In this document: in pieces, positions 26,073-39,970 of the stretch
Layout: each line of letters starts with the position of its first letter
How positions within the stretch are numbered: position 1 is the stretch's first letter
NCBI RefSeq assembly: GCF_004010195.1
Contig: NC_057717.1
Coordinates: 100,081,185-100,145,184 of the forward strand
DNA length: 64,000 bases
From: Chiloscyllium plagiosum
Taxonomy: Eukaryota
Direction of reading: 5' to 3'
The notes under the pieces: model-generated
Told to the model about the DNA's origin: nothing
What the model saw: the letters and a program-made list of their open reading frames with translations, nothing else
The model's database searches: none
Program-made: the position numbers and the translations under genes

Positions 26073-28818
26073 CTCTGGGGTGAAAGGCCTGTGTTCAAGT
26101 CCCACTTGCCTCTCGTTGTGTAACATAGCTGAACAAGTTAATTAAAATATCACAAATAGGGCTTCCCTTGTATTCCATGATTGAGCATGTTGGATTTCAG
26201 GTACCAATTGTCAGCACAAAACACTTACAGCTCATGTTTAGCATCTTGCTGTCTGTATCCAGTAGAACAGTGTTGGGTCAGACAGGATGACCTAATGGTT
26301 TGACATTTCCTTTCCCAATCTCCATATTTTGGAAGACCACTCAAAAATTGTGATGACATGCTGTTGTTGAACCCTTATGATGCAACCAAGAAAAATAGCT
26401 AAACTCTAGAAAGCAAAACATGTTTTGGTTAGTACTTCAGTGCAGTTTTGAGGAAATAGTTTCAGAAGCATGTTCAACAAAAAGGTAAGGGAGTTTCAAT
26501 CTAAAGGAGAAGTTACACAAGTGCCAACAAAAATGGATGTTCAGACTAAGACATCAGTAAGAAGCAGAAAAGTAATAAAAAGGTGCAAGACTAACAAATG
26601 TTAAAAAAAATGAAGAAAAGGTTATGTAGATGCATTAAAATTGGACAGATGGGAGGATAAATGAATTAGAAAGGGGCATTGATTAAATTATGACAAATGG
26701 AATGACATGGGTAACTGATCTCCACTAAAATCTAGGAAAGACCAAGTGAAATTGTATTTGTTTACTGATGAGGGTCTAGGGAGCTGTGGAGGAGTTTAGG
26801 GTTCCAATGTAAACCAGTCAATGAAGTTAGTGAACAGATAAAAAGGTAACCAAAAACGCTAACAGAATATTAGACTAGTCAGACAAATACTATGGGTATA
26901 AAAGGATAGAGGCTAAGCGTTTTGCAGTAAGCAACTCATCTCTTGCTTTCCCAATGTCTGTTAATTATTGATAAGGCATAAGAAGCTTGATACCATCCAG
27001 AATATAGCAGCCTACTTGGTTGACACCACATCCACTAATATTCATTCCCTTCACTACTAATGTTTAGTGTGTTCTATCCACAAAAAGCATTGCAGAGATG
27101 CAGCAAAGCTTCTTTAATGGCACCTTTCAAACTTAGGAACACTTCCACCTGGAAGGGCGAGGACAACAGCTACATAGGAACACCACCTTCAAGTGCCAAG
27201 GTATCCACAAGCCAGATATGGAAATATATCATTCTTCCTTCCTGTTGCTGGATCAAAATCCTGGAACACCCTCTGCAACGACTTTGGTGACATGCCATCA
27301 CCAAGTGGACTGCAGCAGTTCAAAAAGGCAACTCACCATCACCTTTAAGGGCAAATAGAGATGGGCAATAAATTTAAGCAAGCCAGTGATGCCCACATAC
27401 CCTGAGTGAATGTTTAAACATTGTTTAGGGTTATAATTGAGGAAATGATGTTCCGGTTGGACATACAAATTAGGATTAGGCTACTCAGTCCCTTGAGGGT
27501 GCTGCATCATTCAGTAAGACTATGCCTGATTTGACTACTTCACATTCCTGTCTACGCTTGATACGTTTTCACACTATTGCTTATCAGTAATCCATCTACG
27601 TCTGCCTTAAAGATACTTAAAAACTATTTCCACCAACATTTTAGGATGAATGTTCCAGAGATTCAGGAACCTGTGTGAGAAATGCCTCCTTAGCTCTGTT
27701 TTAAATGAGAAATACTTTATTTTAAACAGTGATTTCTGGATATGGCCTATTGAACCTATCTGGGGTACTGCATTAAGTGCTGAACGTTTGATCTCAAGAA
27801 TGAGGCTTTGGAACAGTGCGAATTCATCAGAATGATGTCTCAAGGAGTCAACTATTAGCATTGCATAGGTGTGGCTTGTTTCCCTTTATGACATCTCCTT
27901 TTACCATCAGAATTAGTACTGCCAATGGGGTAGACCTCATTTTCTGGAGCTATGCTAGAGCTGTTCTGGTCTCTTTAGCATGGAAGTCAGACATACTGGC
28001 AACTCCCTGCAGGAAGTTTGTGCACATTGAACAGTAATACAGTAGTCATGTTACTGGGTTTAGCAATCCAGAGGTCAAGTAGCACCACTAATCCAGAATC
28101 TGGTTTCCAGCATCTGCAGTCATTGTTTTTACTTACTTAAATGAATTGGAGACAACTCTTCCAGAACTAATCAGATGAGTTTCTAATGGCAATCTAGTAG
28201 TTTTACAGTGACAATGCCTTTTATTTCAAATTTAATTAATTGAATGTAAATTCACTGGCTGCTGTAACTGGGATTGAAATACATTTCCAATTCATTAATC
28301 CAGTCCTCTGGGTACCAGTCTAGTAACTTAACCACGCTAATAACATATCCTTCAAGCAAACCATGAGGACTTCTGTCCCCTCTATTGCCAGTGTCCATTT
28401 ACTAGCATGACACCTTTAGAATTTCCTTGTGAGTAACCTTCCATTTCCATCTTGTTCTGTCTTCTTGCACTCTGGAACACACTGTAATTATGGCGAGGAA
28501 AAGTCATATCAGACTCGAAACGTTAACTACTTCTCTCGCTACAGATTTAGCGATCTCCAGCATTTTGCTTCAATGTAATTATAATGAGCTGGCCCCAGTA
28601 TAATTCGGGCGATATTTGCATTGCTCTTAATTATTCAGATAAACCAAAGACTGCCGTTGCTAGACATCAGAAACAAAAGCAGAAATTGCTGGAAAATTGT
28701 TAGTCTTCAGGACTCAATTTCTAGTTCAATAATTTTAGGGTCTGAGCACCTTTTTCCATATCCTTACCCCGACCCCTATACAGTAGACTTTCTCATCACA
28801 CAGCTTGCTTTCACAAAT

Positions 28819-28989
28819 CGTGTTGAGTGTGTGGTGTTGGAAAAGCACAGCAGGTCATCCGAGCAGGAGAATCAACGTTTCGGGCGTAAAACCTTCATCA
28901 GTTTATGCCCGAAATGTCGATTCTCCTGCTCCTCGGGTGCAGCCTGACCTGCTGTGCTTTTCCAGCATCACCACTCCTCACTTTCTCCC
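28819..28989. mobile_element. Penelope-derived palindromic element
   Basis: Arms ggaaaagcacagcaggtca / tgacctgctgtgcttttcc; imperfect TSD tgct(t/a)tcacaaat at 28806-28818 and 28990-29002; nested in an older Penelope subfamily copy (~28660-29270). Confidence 0.75.
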
Positions 28990-30815
28990 TGCTATCACAA
29001 ATAACCCGTTTTCAGCAATTAGTGGACCCCATTAACAGCTATTGATTCTCCCAGGCTGATCATTACCTATTACTTTGCCTAATCGCTGTTCTCTCTCCAA
29101 GAGCTCGATCTATCATTTATTCCTTCCCCTCCCACCTTTAGCAGGTATGCCTACCTTTCTCTAGCTTCAATCAGTTCTGAAGATGGGTCACTGTACCCGC
29201 AATATCAACTATATTTTCTCTTCACAGATGCTATCAAACGTGCTGAGATTTCCCCCAATTTCTGTTTTGATTCTTAATTATTCAGAATGGGCGCTTCAAC
29301 ACACGATTATCTGCCTGAGTATCCCATCCTAATCAGTTGATACCAAAGCCAGTAGAGCTCAATGTAACTAAACTATAATTTGTCCCGTTCTCCTCTCACA
29401 TCACTTCTCTAAATTGTGAATTAGTTTCAGTTACTTTTCATACATTATTCCGAAAAGGTTCAAAGTCAATGTTTAATTCTGCAGCTCTTTCCTCACTCTC
29501 CTGGAGTGGTAGTGGTGATTGGATTGAGTGCATGAAACTAGTCTAGTTCTTCAATAAAGTTCACAATTTCTGCATACAAACGGAACAGAACGAATGACAA
29601 CTGGTTTATCTCAAAGTTAACTCGTATTTTACCGCCTAATTCGGGGCCTTGATAGATGCTGCAAGTTTCTCAGGCCCTTACTGGGATTTCAATAGTTAAC
29701 AACGAAGATTCTACTGTCAAACTTATGGTTGAGGATCATTCCAGTCTGATTTTGATACCCAACATCCCTAACTACGTTCGAGCCAGGAGTTACTTGCCTA
29801 CAATACTATCAAGAGGAGTCTTGCCCTGGTGTAGAATCCGGATGCATTGGAAAGTGATAATAGTAACACTCGAAAGCTCTTTATGATACTTTATTCAGTG
29901 AACTGCAAAAAAACTTGATTTATGTTCAGTACCTGAAAAATGACTAAATTGCGGCTGTAGACTGCACAATGAAACGACGTCGAGTGGAAACGACCAGTTT
30001 AAGTTCAAGGTAACCTCAACCTGGTCGAGTTATTGCCTTCCGTTCAGTTTTTGACCACTGTACAATTTTAATGTTATATTTTGTCGCTGTAGGAATAAAC
30101 AATAGTTTAACATAAGTGATTAGTAAGTATGAATTGATGAGCTGTGCCATTGCTGGATCTTGTTCCCATCACTCGGGAATGGTAGAGAGGCCATAATCAA
30201 TTGCTGTTTCCTTCTCTCTGTGTTGGGTCTATGGAATTATCTTCCTTACACAGTAGTGGAGACTGGATTGGATGGATTCTGGATTATCAAAAGGTCAAAA
30301 TAAAATTGAAAAGTATAAGGGCAGGTCCTCCCCGCCTCAAAAACACACAGTAGACAGGACCCCACATTGGGCACAACTGAAGGAATTATCACAGCCGTGC
30401 TCCCGCTCTTACAGACCCTCATTCTCAGAGGCTGAAAACTTTCAAACCTCAATATGGGGTCACAGCGGAAAATAAAAGTTTGGGAAGGACTGGTACACAG
30501 GCTAGACGTGACTAACCCAACCAGTGTAACTGAACATATGTCTCCCAGCTGCTGCTAGTTACCAGGTTTACACCATCTAACTTCTCGACAGGAAATTCCA
30601 CCAATGATATCTATCCCAGCGAATTCTTGTTGAAAAGTGGAGCTGCTTGGACAGCAGATGATACCAAAGTGAAAAGCTCCTTACTATTAAAAAAATCTGC
30701 TCACCTTAGTTGTTAGTTATACAGGTAACATCTAAAGGCTTGTCAACTTCGATGAATGTACAAGAGTCGGTGGAGAATGATCAACAGCTAAACACCTGGT
30801 TGACTCGCTGCCATG

Positions 30816-30972
30816 GAGAAAGTGAGGACTGCGGATGCTGGAGATCAGAGTCGAGTGTGTGGTGCTGGAAAAGCACAGCGGGTCATGCAGCATCCGAGGA
30901 GCAAGAGAATCGACGTTTTGGGCAGCCTTCATCAGCCTCTCATTCCTGCTGTTCGGATGCTGCATGACTTGC
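30816..30972. mobile_element. Penelope-derived palindromic element with 15-bp TSD
   Basis: gagaaagtgaggactgcggatgctggagatc start; direct repeat tgactcgctgccatg at 30801-30815 and 30973-30987. Confidence 0.85.
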
Positions 30973-31313
30973 TGACTCGCTGCCATGTTCAATTCACCAC
31001 ATTTAGTTGGGAAGAAAGAAGTCAATCTTCCATCAATTTCTGATCAGCCCTAATGCACAAAAACGGTGCTGTACAAAAATTATGAGAATTGTCAGCAATG
31101 AGTTTATCATATCCAAAATGAATTAATGCTAATGCAGAACGGTACCAGGAGTCAAATAACATAGGGTATAGGCACAAAGTGACAAATCATGGTTATAGGT
31201 ATCTAGGGGGTCAACGTTTGTACATTGGTGAGGGGACATTGCAGATTGGGAAAATGCTTGTGATATCAGGTTTTCAGGCAGAAGAATCCAGTGTGAAGTG
31301 ACTGGCTTTTCCT

Positions 31314-31319
31314 TTTATT
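31314..31319 (-). terminator. Candidate distal polyadenylation signal of TRIR
   Basis: AATAAA on the minus strand at the end of a ~3.3 kb relatively repeat-poor tract downstream of the stop; not provable from sequence. Confidence 0.3.
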
Positions 31320-34300
31320 TTGAAAGGCTACTTTGCATGCAAAACATAGCATGGCACTGAGAAGTGTCACCAATACATTAGATATTAGACACGTACACCA
31401 ATGGTTATCAGACACAACCACCGTTAACTTGCTTTATATATCATCATATGCTACTTGACTTTAGAAAGCAAATACTTAAAACATCAGTAAAAAAAAACCA
31501 TTCGTCAAACTAATGAGCTGGCTACTGCGGTTTTATTTTACCTTCTAGTCAAACCAAATTAGCGGTTGAGAATACACCCTTTCTCCACTCCAACTCTTAC
31601 ACCCAATGTCTGGCACGACCAATACCATTTAATGGAGTAACTGTGACTATTTAATTCCAAATGAACTTCCAGAACCCCTTATTGATTCAATTAATCACAG
31701 ATATTTATACATAATGAGGAAGTTAAGATTCAATCCCCTTGCCCTAAATTTGACTTTGAAAGAACTATTTTCTTTTCCTATACATTTACATTGGGACTTA
31801 CAGCTCAGTATGTGCTAACTCAATTCACTGCCAATTTGCAAACTGCCAGGTCCTCTAATAAGATAAACAACCAAATAATCAGTTTCTTCTATTGGTTTGG
31901 GTGAATGTTAGTCAAAACACCAGAGCTTCATTGCTCTTCTTTTCAAAAAGTGGTCACCCAACACAGCAGGGCCTTGGTTTAATCTCATCCAAAAGACAGC
32001 ATCTCTGACAGTGCAGCAATTCCTCAATCTAAACGGTCAAGTATGTATGTACAGTTCTGGAGTGAGGCTTTGAGCTAGACCCTAACTCAGCAGTGCAAGT
32101 GTCTCATGGAGTTAGGACTGACACTCAAGATTGGTTACGATTCCATTGGGTTTGGCGCACTCTAGTAACTAACCCAAATAACTATTCACAAAATCAGTCT
32201 GATAGCAGCAGGCCATTCAACTAGCAGAACATCAGTTAAATCTCAACCTCCACACATGTAATGGAAGTGGGAACTATACCAGATTTCATTCTCTGTAACT
32301 CAGGAAGAGCTGAAGACAACTTTATCACGGCCAGGATGAACTAACTCAGCGAAGCCATAAGATTGCTCAACTCTTCATTGCTGCGCTATTTACAGGGTGA
32401 ATGACTACGGTTTAATTTGATCTTAAGTGCATCTTGGTCCCTATACCTCAAGTAAGTTTGAAAAACAAAAATCTCAAAATCCTTCAAACAAAAGTGCTCG
32501 TGTTTGTCTATTTGCCCTTCCTCCAGAAAGTGGCAACTTTTATAAACACTAGTGAGACATCCAATATATCATCCATGTTTCATAAGTGTACACAGCAGTT
32601 CTGGCTACTTGACGATGAAATGTATTGCTAACATTCTTGGCAACATCCGAATCTTTCAGTGGAGGCAGCTAAGACAGTGACCAGGAGCAGGAACCTGCAG
32701 ATGAATTTTTGATTTCCCAGCTCCACATACTCACCAATACACCTGAAAGAAGCTAACACACCAAAGTCCAGGATGAACTTCCTGGCTTGGGTCGCTGAAT
32801 CCCCATCCAAGTCATCAGGGAACTTTTGCTTTTAGTGTCAGATATTTAAACTAGCAGCACATTGCACAGAAAAGATGAATGACAACTCAAATCTCCAAAT
32901 CAGTCAGTCTTTGTTGCCCCCCAATCCATAATACAAACTATTTCAATAAGTGAGCCTATAAGATTTGGAAAATATCAAGTTGGGTTACAATGTGCCTGGG
33001 AATCTCTCTCACTGCGTAACGACCGGCCATAAAAGGTGGTGAAATCTGGAAATAACAAAAGGCACGTCCAGAAAGACTGAGGAACAAGAGGCATTACTTA
33101 AAGGGAAATTTAAATATCAAAATTACTAATTTGTTAAAGGCAATGCCATCAAGTATTCTATGATCTAGTTCTACTTTACCTCATCTACCTTTGCCCCATT
33201 TAACTTCCTTCTCATTCCATTTCTAGAAAGTATCATTCAAATGACAGATAAATCCTATACAAAACAGACATTTGCAGTAACAGTCCTGTGGAAATCCAGC
33301 AGAGATTTGTGCTTCAGGCAAAGTGAGAGCTCTGCATTACTCTAAAGGAAAGACAGGGACCATATAGCAGACCTTTTTTGCAACACTTAAGATGCAGGCT
33401 GCGTTGAGCTTCTAGTTCTGCTCCTGCTGTTGTCAGCAGACAGCAACCACCACTGTGGCCCAGACGTTCTATTTTATCAAATCTTCTGCTTTTCCAATCT
33501 GACCTTATTCTGCTCATGGAGGAAGAAATGCTCTCTTCACTGCTCACTAATAGGAAAGGGAAATTCAAACAGCAGACAAGAAGCTACATCTCACTAGCAC
33601 TGCCGAAAGAGAAACATTACAAACAAAGTGAAAACTCAACTGGGTAGATTGTAACAAGAGCTTTGTAATAATGTTTCACTGATACATCTGAGGTAGTTTT
33701 GTGAACTTGAGAAACATTTTCTCATCCCATCCAAGTTTCTGGGCTCACTGATTGCATCCTCATTGCCCACTCCCACTTTAAGTTCTTTATGGGGAATCCC
33801 ACACATTGGCTGCCCCATCCAAATACTCATTTGAGGCACAGCAGTGGTCACAACTGCAACTTTTGTCCTTCTGGATAAGCTAATTCTCATGAAGAAACAC
33901 AGGAAATCATTGGTCTTCAGCAATGTAAATGCTGTAGCAAACAGACTATGAGAAACAAGTCCCACTACTGCTTCTTACAGTTCAGCTCTTAATGCTAGTA
34001 ATGTCATAATTCTGATCAAAAATGTAAATACCTCACCAGCACCAATCAGGCAATGGGCTCCTTCCAACACAGATGTATTGAGGTGCCTGACCAGTCATTG
34101 ATCAAACCAGCCCTACAATTCTAGCCAACTTAGCAACAAGGGCCAGTAAGATGTACAATATTGTGTACAAGTTTCAAAAACTTGCTACAGTTTTGTAATT
34201 AATAACTGCAGGCGCATAAGAGTAAATATGCATGGACTTTTTTTTACTGACAACTGAAGCTTTATCGTGCATTTTATAAAAAATAAAGATTAAAAGTGTC

Positions 34301-34594
34301 TGGAAACTATGTTCTATATTGAAACAGGGTGTGAGACATAACTATATGAAAACTGTACACTATCAATCACATTTTGAAAGCGGACAGGATTTCAATGTTG
34401 AAAATTAAACATTGCGTTGGAGTTTTGTTTGCAAGTGTTGTCTTCAAACCACAAATCCAAATAAATACATATTCCAGGCAGTCAAAAGAAAAAATCTTAT
34501 ACTGGCTGTACAGTGAGGGCATTGGGTGGAGGACTTGATCTTAACGGTTGTAAAATATAATACAGTTCTTGGCTGCATAAGCTTGCAAATCTGG

Positions 34595-34702
34595 CTATTT
34601 AACAAGAGGCCGGGTTTTGTCATCATCACTGCACTGATGTGCTTTGTATTTCTTCACTTCTGCCATGTATTTGGCCCACGCATCTCCACCTCGTGCTTCA
34701 GC
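34595..34702 (-). CDS. TRIR: Telomerase RNA component interacting RNase (C19orf43), coding exon 3
   Basis: AEARGGDAWAKYMAEVKKYKAHQCSDDDKTRPLVK* matches the conserved TRIR C-terminus; acceptor ttcag|. Confidence 0.95.
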   Translation of the reverse strand, partial: AEARGGDAWAKYMAEVKKYKAHQCSDDDKTRPLVK

Positions 34703-34927
34703 CTGAAGATAAAATGGAGAAAAAAAAGATAGGTTGAATTGGGCATTTAATATAACATGGAAACAACAAATTGCATTGTGGCAACTACAGGATTGAACTT
34801 TCACTATTACTGACAAAAGCTCTGGATTCAAAATCAGTTTAATTGCCAGAAGGAATTCACTGGCTACTTAATAAGCCAAATTGTACTTATTTTTGTCTTT
34901 CCTGCTTTCTTGAATGCACCAACTTGC

Positions 34928-36989
34928 TGTAGTGAAGTGAAGAAGCAGCTACCATCTAAGATGTTGGTACACTATGATCCCAAGTCAGATCTGGTGCTGA
35001 AATGAGATGCCTCCCTGTATGGTATCAGGTGATGGCCCAATAGACAGGAGTGACTAATAGCATATGTTTCCTGGATTTTGGCTGATGCAGAGTGCAAATA
35101 CACCCAGATAGAGAAGGTAGGTTTGGTGGTCATCCTTGATGTGAGTTAGTCCCATCAATACCAATACAAATGTAAATTTGTAATAATAACGGACCACAAA
35201 CCCTTGGGCTACTCAAAGAGGACAAGACCGTGCCGCCCATACTTTCAGGTTGCATTCAGTAGTGGGATCTCTTTCTAAGTGCATACAATTACCAGTTGGA
35301 ACACTGTCTGGGAGGCCAAGTAGCAAAGGCAGGTGCCTTGAGCTGCCTCCTGCTGGCAGATACATCACTAGTGGTGCTGCCACTGGAAGAGTCTGTTCTG
35401 GTTTTAAACTTTCTGGATGCTTCTGGTCACTGCTGACATCAGGCGGTGGGCACAAAAAGATCCCATCTTGCCAAAACTAAAACAGCTGGTGGTGTTGGGA
35501 GAAACAAAAGGGCCATCACAACCAGAACTGAAACTTTCCTGGACTTGGCAAAGTCAGATCACCATAGAGGTTGGCATTTTATTATAGGGAGCAAGAATGA
35601 TTGTCCCAAGCAAAGGTTGGATCCAGATACTTGGCTAAACTCCACCAGGTTCATACAGGATTGTCAAAAATGAAGATGTTGGTGAGAAGTTATGTCTGGT
35701 GGCGAGAATTGGATGCAGACATTGCCGCATTGGTGGGTCAATGTCCACAATGTGAACAAGGACAAAAATTACCACTAGTAGCTCCCCCATACTGGCTGGA
35801 TAAACCCTGAACTCGGTTACATGTTGATTATGCTAGGCCTTTTCATGGGCTCAACATTCTTAGCATTGTGAATGCCCACTCAAAATGGGTGGATATGCCT
35901 AGTGTTGATTTGTCAAACACGGGGACAACAACAGAAAAGCTGCAAGCATCTTTTGCAATACAGGCTGTTGAGAGTGTTGATCATAGACAACGGACCAATA
36001 TTTACCAGCAGGAAATTCAAACATTGCGAGCATGTGGAAAGAACGGTTCAAGCTTTGAAGCCAGGCTTAAATAAACAGCCTACAGCTTCACTCGATACTG
36101 AACTTTCCTGGTTCCTATTTGATTATTGAACTACTCATCATGCAACTATGGGATAGCTCCAGCAAAGTTGCTAATACAAGGATTCCGCACCAGGTTATAT
36201 CGGATCTTCCTAGACAGTGGGGGTGAGACACACATGGCATCAGGAACGCCAATGCCAGACACAGGACACCTCTAAGTGACAAAGACAGTTTACTTCAGGG
36301 GATGAAGACTGGTGCCGAAACCATGGAAATGGCCCCACGAGTGAGGGGCATGGTCTATGTGAGGGGCATGGTCTATGTGAGGTCAGGTGCCATAACATAC
36401 TAAGTTTGGGTGGGTGAGCCAATCCTGAACAAGCATGTAGACCGCATGAAAGTGGCAAACTCACAAACGGGGCAGGAGGAAAACATACCCAGCCCCCCAG
36501 AACAGACAGAAAGGCTGTCAGAATCCATAGGTTCTCCACTCTGTCTAGCATCGACGAAACCTCAAAGTTAGATACGGACACAGTGGATGTCACAACCTTG
36601 ACAGCTTTACCACCCAAAAAGGGTGAATTTCTTCAGAGATGTTCCAAACGCAAGAGGTGGGCTACATTCCGGTACATAGCACCTGTATCCGAGGCTAAGT
36701 TAGAGGAACTGGACCCGGTGTGAAAATGCCCCAAGAGAGCCTACGCCCCTGGACTCAGTGGGAGGAGAATGTAGTGATTGTAACAATGTCAGCCAGGTGT
36801 ACCTCGTAGAATGAGTTCCCTGACTGAAGCCTGGTCTAATCTGGGAGCCCTGGATGACAGATATAAACAGGACTGACAGAGATTCTGCTCACTCAGAGCG
36901 AGCTCTGAGGAAGCCAGGCCAGTGTCAAGTACACATGTAAATAAAGGGTGACTTGGTAATGGGATATCAGTCTCTGTGAAGTTATTTCA
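34928..36989 (+). mobile_element. Decayed Ty3/Gypsy LTR retrotransposon (RNase H-integrase, PPT, 3' LTR)
   Basis: HHCC zinc motif LHQVHTG..MKMLVRSYVWW..CPQC, DNGPIF integrase core, many stops and frameshifts. Polypurine gggaggagaa precedes a TG...CA LTR at 36770-36989 containing atataaa and aataaa. Confidence 0.85.
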
Positions 36990-37831
36990 GATACCACATC
37001 CAAGATGGCACTTTTTTGGTTCTTACCTTTGATCTTGCAACATTGAAAGGGATTTAATAAAGGAACACTAATTGTTGATCTGTCCACATCCAGAGTTGCC
37101 CAGGTTAACTGCAGTAATCCTTGGCTGAGATTGGAAAACTCAGTAGGAAATGGACAGAAAATAAAAGGGCTGTGGGACTTCAATTATATGCATAGAGGGA
37201 AGAAACTTGTATTGTTCTTAGAATACAGGAGGTAAGAGAACAGTACACGTGCTCAAATTATAAGTTTGGATATAGTAAATAAGGAGAAGCTGTTTCCACT
37301 GTAATAATCAGCAAGCAGAGGAAAAATATTTGACATTAGCAAAAGAATTATGGTGACATCAGAACTTTTGAAAAAGGTGAATTGCTATGATTTACAATAC
37401 ATTACTTGAAAAGCTGGTGAAAACAAATTCAAAAGAAATTGGTTAACTAGTTAAGGGTAAAAGTTTGCTATGGGGAAACAGAAAAGTGCTGAGTTTAGTT
37501 GGATAACACTATCAAAGAGCCAGCACGGGTAAAATAGGCAAATACTGTCACTGTACTGTATAATTCTATGAAGTATAAGAGTTTGATTTGGTCAGTACAG
37601 GGTTGTGAAGAGCCTAATGACCATTAAATTTACATAAAGGGCAGTCGCAAAGGTTGCAGAGGATAACTGTGTTCTTTTAAGTAATAATCCCAATGAGAAG
37701 ATTGGCTGGCTCAAAATGAAGTGAATATATTCAAATGCTTTATGGATATGAGCAGTACATATGCACAGAAGTTTAGACAATTCAAGACAGACTGCAGAGA
37801 GGATTCTCGTCAAAGGGCTACTGAATCTTAC

Positions 37832-37909
37832 CTCCTCTTCAGTCTTGTGTTTCTTGGCTACCATTCCCGTCTTGAGGGCTAGCTTTGCCCCACCTCGCCG
37901 CTTTCCCAC
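37832..37909 (-). CDS. TRIR: TRIR coding exon 2
   Basis: VGKRRGGAKLALKTGMVAKKHKTEEE; cccag| acceptor, |gtaaga donor; 78 nt, phase 0. Confidence 0.95.
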
Positions 37910-38721
37910 CTGGGGTAAGGGACAGAAGACTGCAACCATTACACGAGCGCTTGGAGCTGCAATGTCAATGCTGCCCACTATGTAATAAAACAGGGATCCT
38001 GAAATTAGATCTCATTCCACAACAGAATGCATCTCCCACGTCAACATCTCAAAGCATTTCTAACATACAGTACACAAGCTACTGTCAGCGGAAGTAGGCA
38101 ATTCTTTATACTTCCCTATAAGGCAAAAGTGACAGTGCGGGTGTTACCAATTGATAAACCAACAATAGTTACTTAAATCTTTTCGGCATTGAATTAGCCA
38201 GACATCTAAAATGAGATCTTGCAAACCCATCAACAGATCCTTAGCAGGTTTCTTGCATCAATACACTGTAAGTCTAATTCACTGCTGAAATATAAAATAT
38301 TTCTCAGATACAAGTGTTAGCCAGTTATGCGGCATTGCTTATTCATAATGACACAAGTAAAATCTAAACCTAAAATATTGGGATTAAACCCCCATTTAAC
38401 AACATTATACCTACTTGAAAGCCTTTTCCATTGGATGAGTTATTTCAACTTTAGAAAAACAAATCATAAGTTTGTTTCAGTACAGAAGCATATAATTACC
38501 TTGCATGTGTCTTCTGACAGTGCAAGTGGAATTGAATTCGCCAGTGCAGAATTTAAAAAAAAAATTATGCTGTTCTGCGGTGTGGCCATTGCTTTGGAGC
38601 TTGTGAATGCAATTCCTAATTGACAAGCTGGTCCAAAATATTTCAATTTGATTATTTCATGGACTTTGGCTTACTGGGTTAGTTTGCAAACCAATATCTC
38701 TTGTTTACTGCATTAATTAGT

Positions 38722-39046
38722 GGACGGCACGGTGGCACAGTGGTTAGCACTGCTGCCTCACAGCACCAGAGACCCGGGTTCAATTCCCGCCTCAGGCAAC
38801 TGACTGTGTGGAGTTTGTACGTTCTCCCCGTGTCTGCGTGGGTTTCCTCCGGGTGCTCCGGTTTCCTCCTACAGTCCAAAGATGTGCAGGTTAGGTGAAT
38901 TGGCCATGCTAAATTGCCCATAATGTTAGGTAAGGGGTAAATGTCGGGGTAAATGTAGGGGTTACGCTTCGGCGGGTCGGTGTGGACTTGTTGGGCCGAA
39001 GGGCCTGTTTCCACACTGTAATGTAATGTAATCTAATCTAATCTAA
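38722..39046 (+). mobile_element. Near-intact HE1-type V-SINE
   Basis: A box TGGCACAGTGG, B box GGTTCAATTCC, V-domain (gtgtctgcgtgggtttcctccgggtgctccggtttcctcc), (TAATG/TAATC)n tail; CpGs retained. Confidence 0.9.
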
Positions 39047-39387
39047 TTCTGCTTTGCTTTCTTGATTAAAGTACCCACATTAAAAATCTAAAATTGCAAA
39101 TACAGTCAAATGATCAAGCTGGCTGCTCAACAAATAACATATGACAACTGCAATATTTAACAAAAACTGATCAAAGAACATCTCAGTTAGCTGACTGATG
39201 TTTCTGCTTCCCCCACTCTACTTTAAGAGTGATCCTGGAAACTTCAATACAAAATAATCCCAAATGCTTTCAAAGTTACAGAAGTTCAAATCTACACTCA
39301 AAAATTGAGAGAAGCATTGCCCAAGCAGTTCTGTATTTAAATTAACAGAATATAAAATCATGACAGGTCTGCTCTGCCGCTACATAT

Positions 39388-39970
39388 TGTGACGATATTG
39401 TCACTTTAAAAAAGATTATTTTATCCTTTTCTTTGAAAAGAAAAATTGTAAAGGCAGAGGTACCAAAAGGTCTAGGGTGCTGGAAAGCTAAACAGCTTAA
39501 CAATAGGAGAGTGGCCATTTCTCCCAGTTTTCTATTGTTTTGAAGGTGCAGCAGTCACAAGATGCAGGAGGCCAGAAGGGTTGCAAGCTTCAGTAATGAT
39601 TCCTAACTGACTTTCTCTGAAATCTCTCTGGATGTTGTTTCTTCCTGTCTGTAAGAATCTGTGTTTGAATTTAGCTTTTTGCCAAGGGATGTGTTTATGT
39701 GATGTAACTAAACTGGAACAGTTAATTAGTTCAGTTGCTATATTGGGTCAGTTACGTTTTCCAATAGTTAAGTTATTCTAAATTCTGCTTTTTTTTGTTC
39801 ATGTTTCAACGATAGGGTTTACATAAATTCTGTTTTGCTTAAAGCAAAGTGGGGTTTGCCCAGTTGAATCACACCTGGAATACCCACTTCAATCTACTAT
39901 TAAAAGAAAACATTAGGGTCTAGACTACCTTGTTGAAATATTTTGAGGGGGTCTGGCCTGATCCATCGCA
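39388..39970. mobile_element. Solo LTR with 4-bp TSD
   Basis: Starts TGTGACG, ends CATCGCA (imperfect inverted termini); ATAT on both sides (39384-39387, 39971-39974). Confidence 0.65.

Noticed and set aside
36340-36382. 18-bp tandem duplication gtgaggggcatggtctat
   Set aside because: Ordinary slippage duplication within a dead Gypsy element.
38722-38800. tRNA-like sequence with A and B boxes
   Set aside because: It is the head of an HE1-type SINE, continuous with the V-domain and LINE-derived tail; not a tRNA gene.
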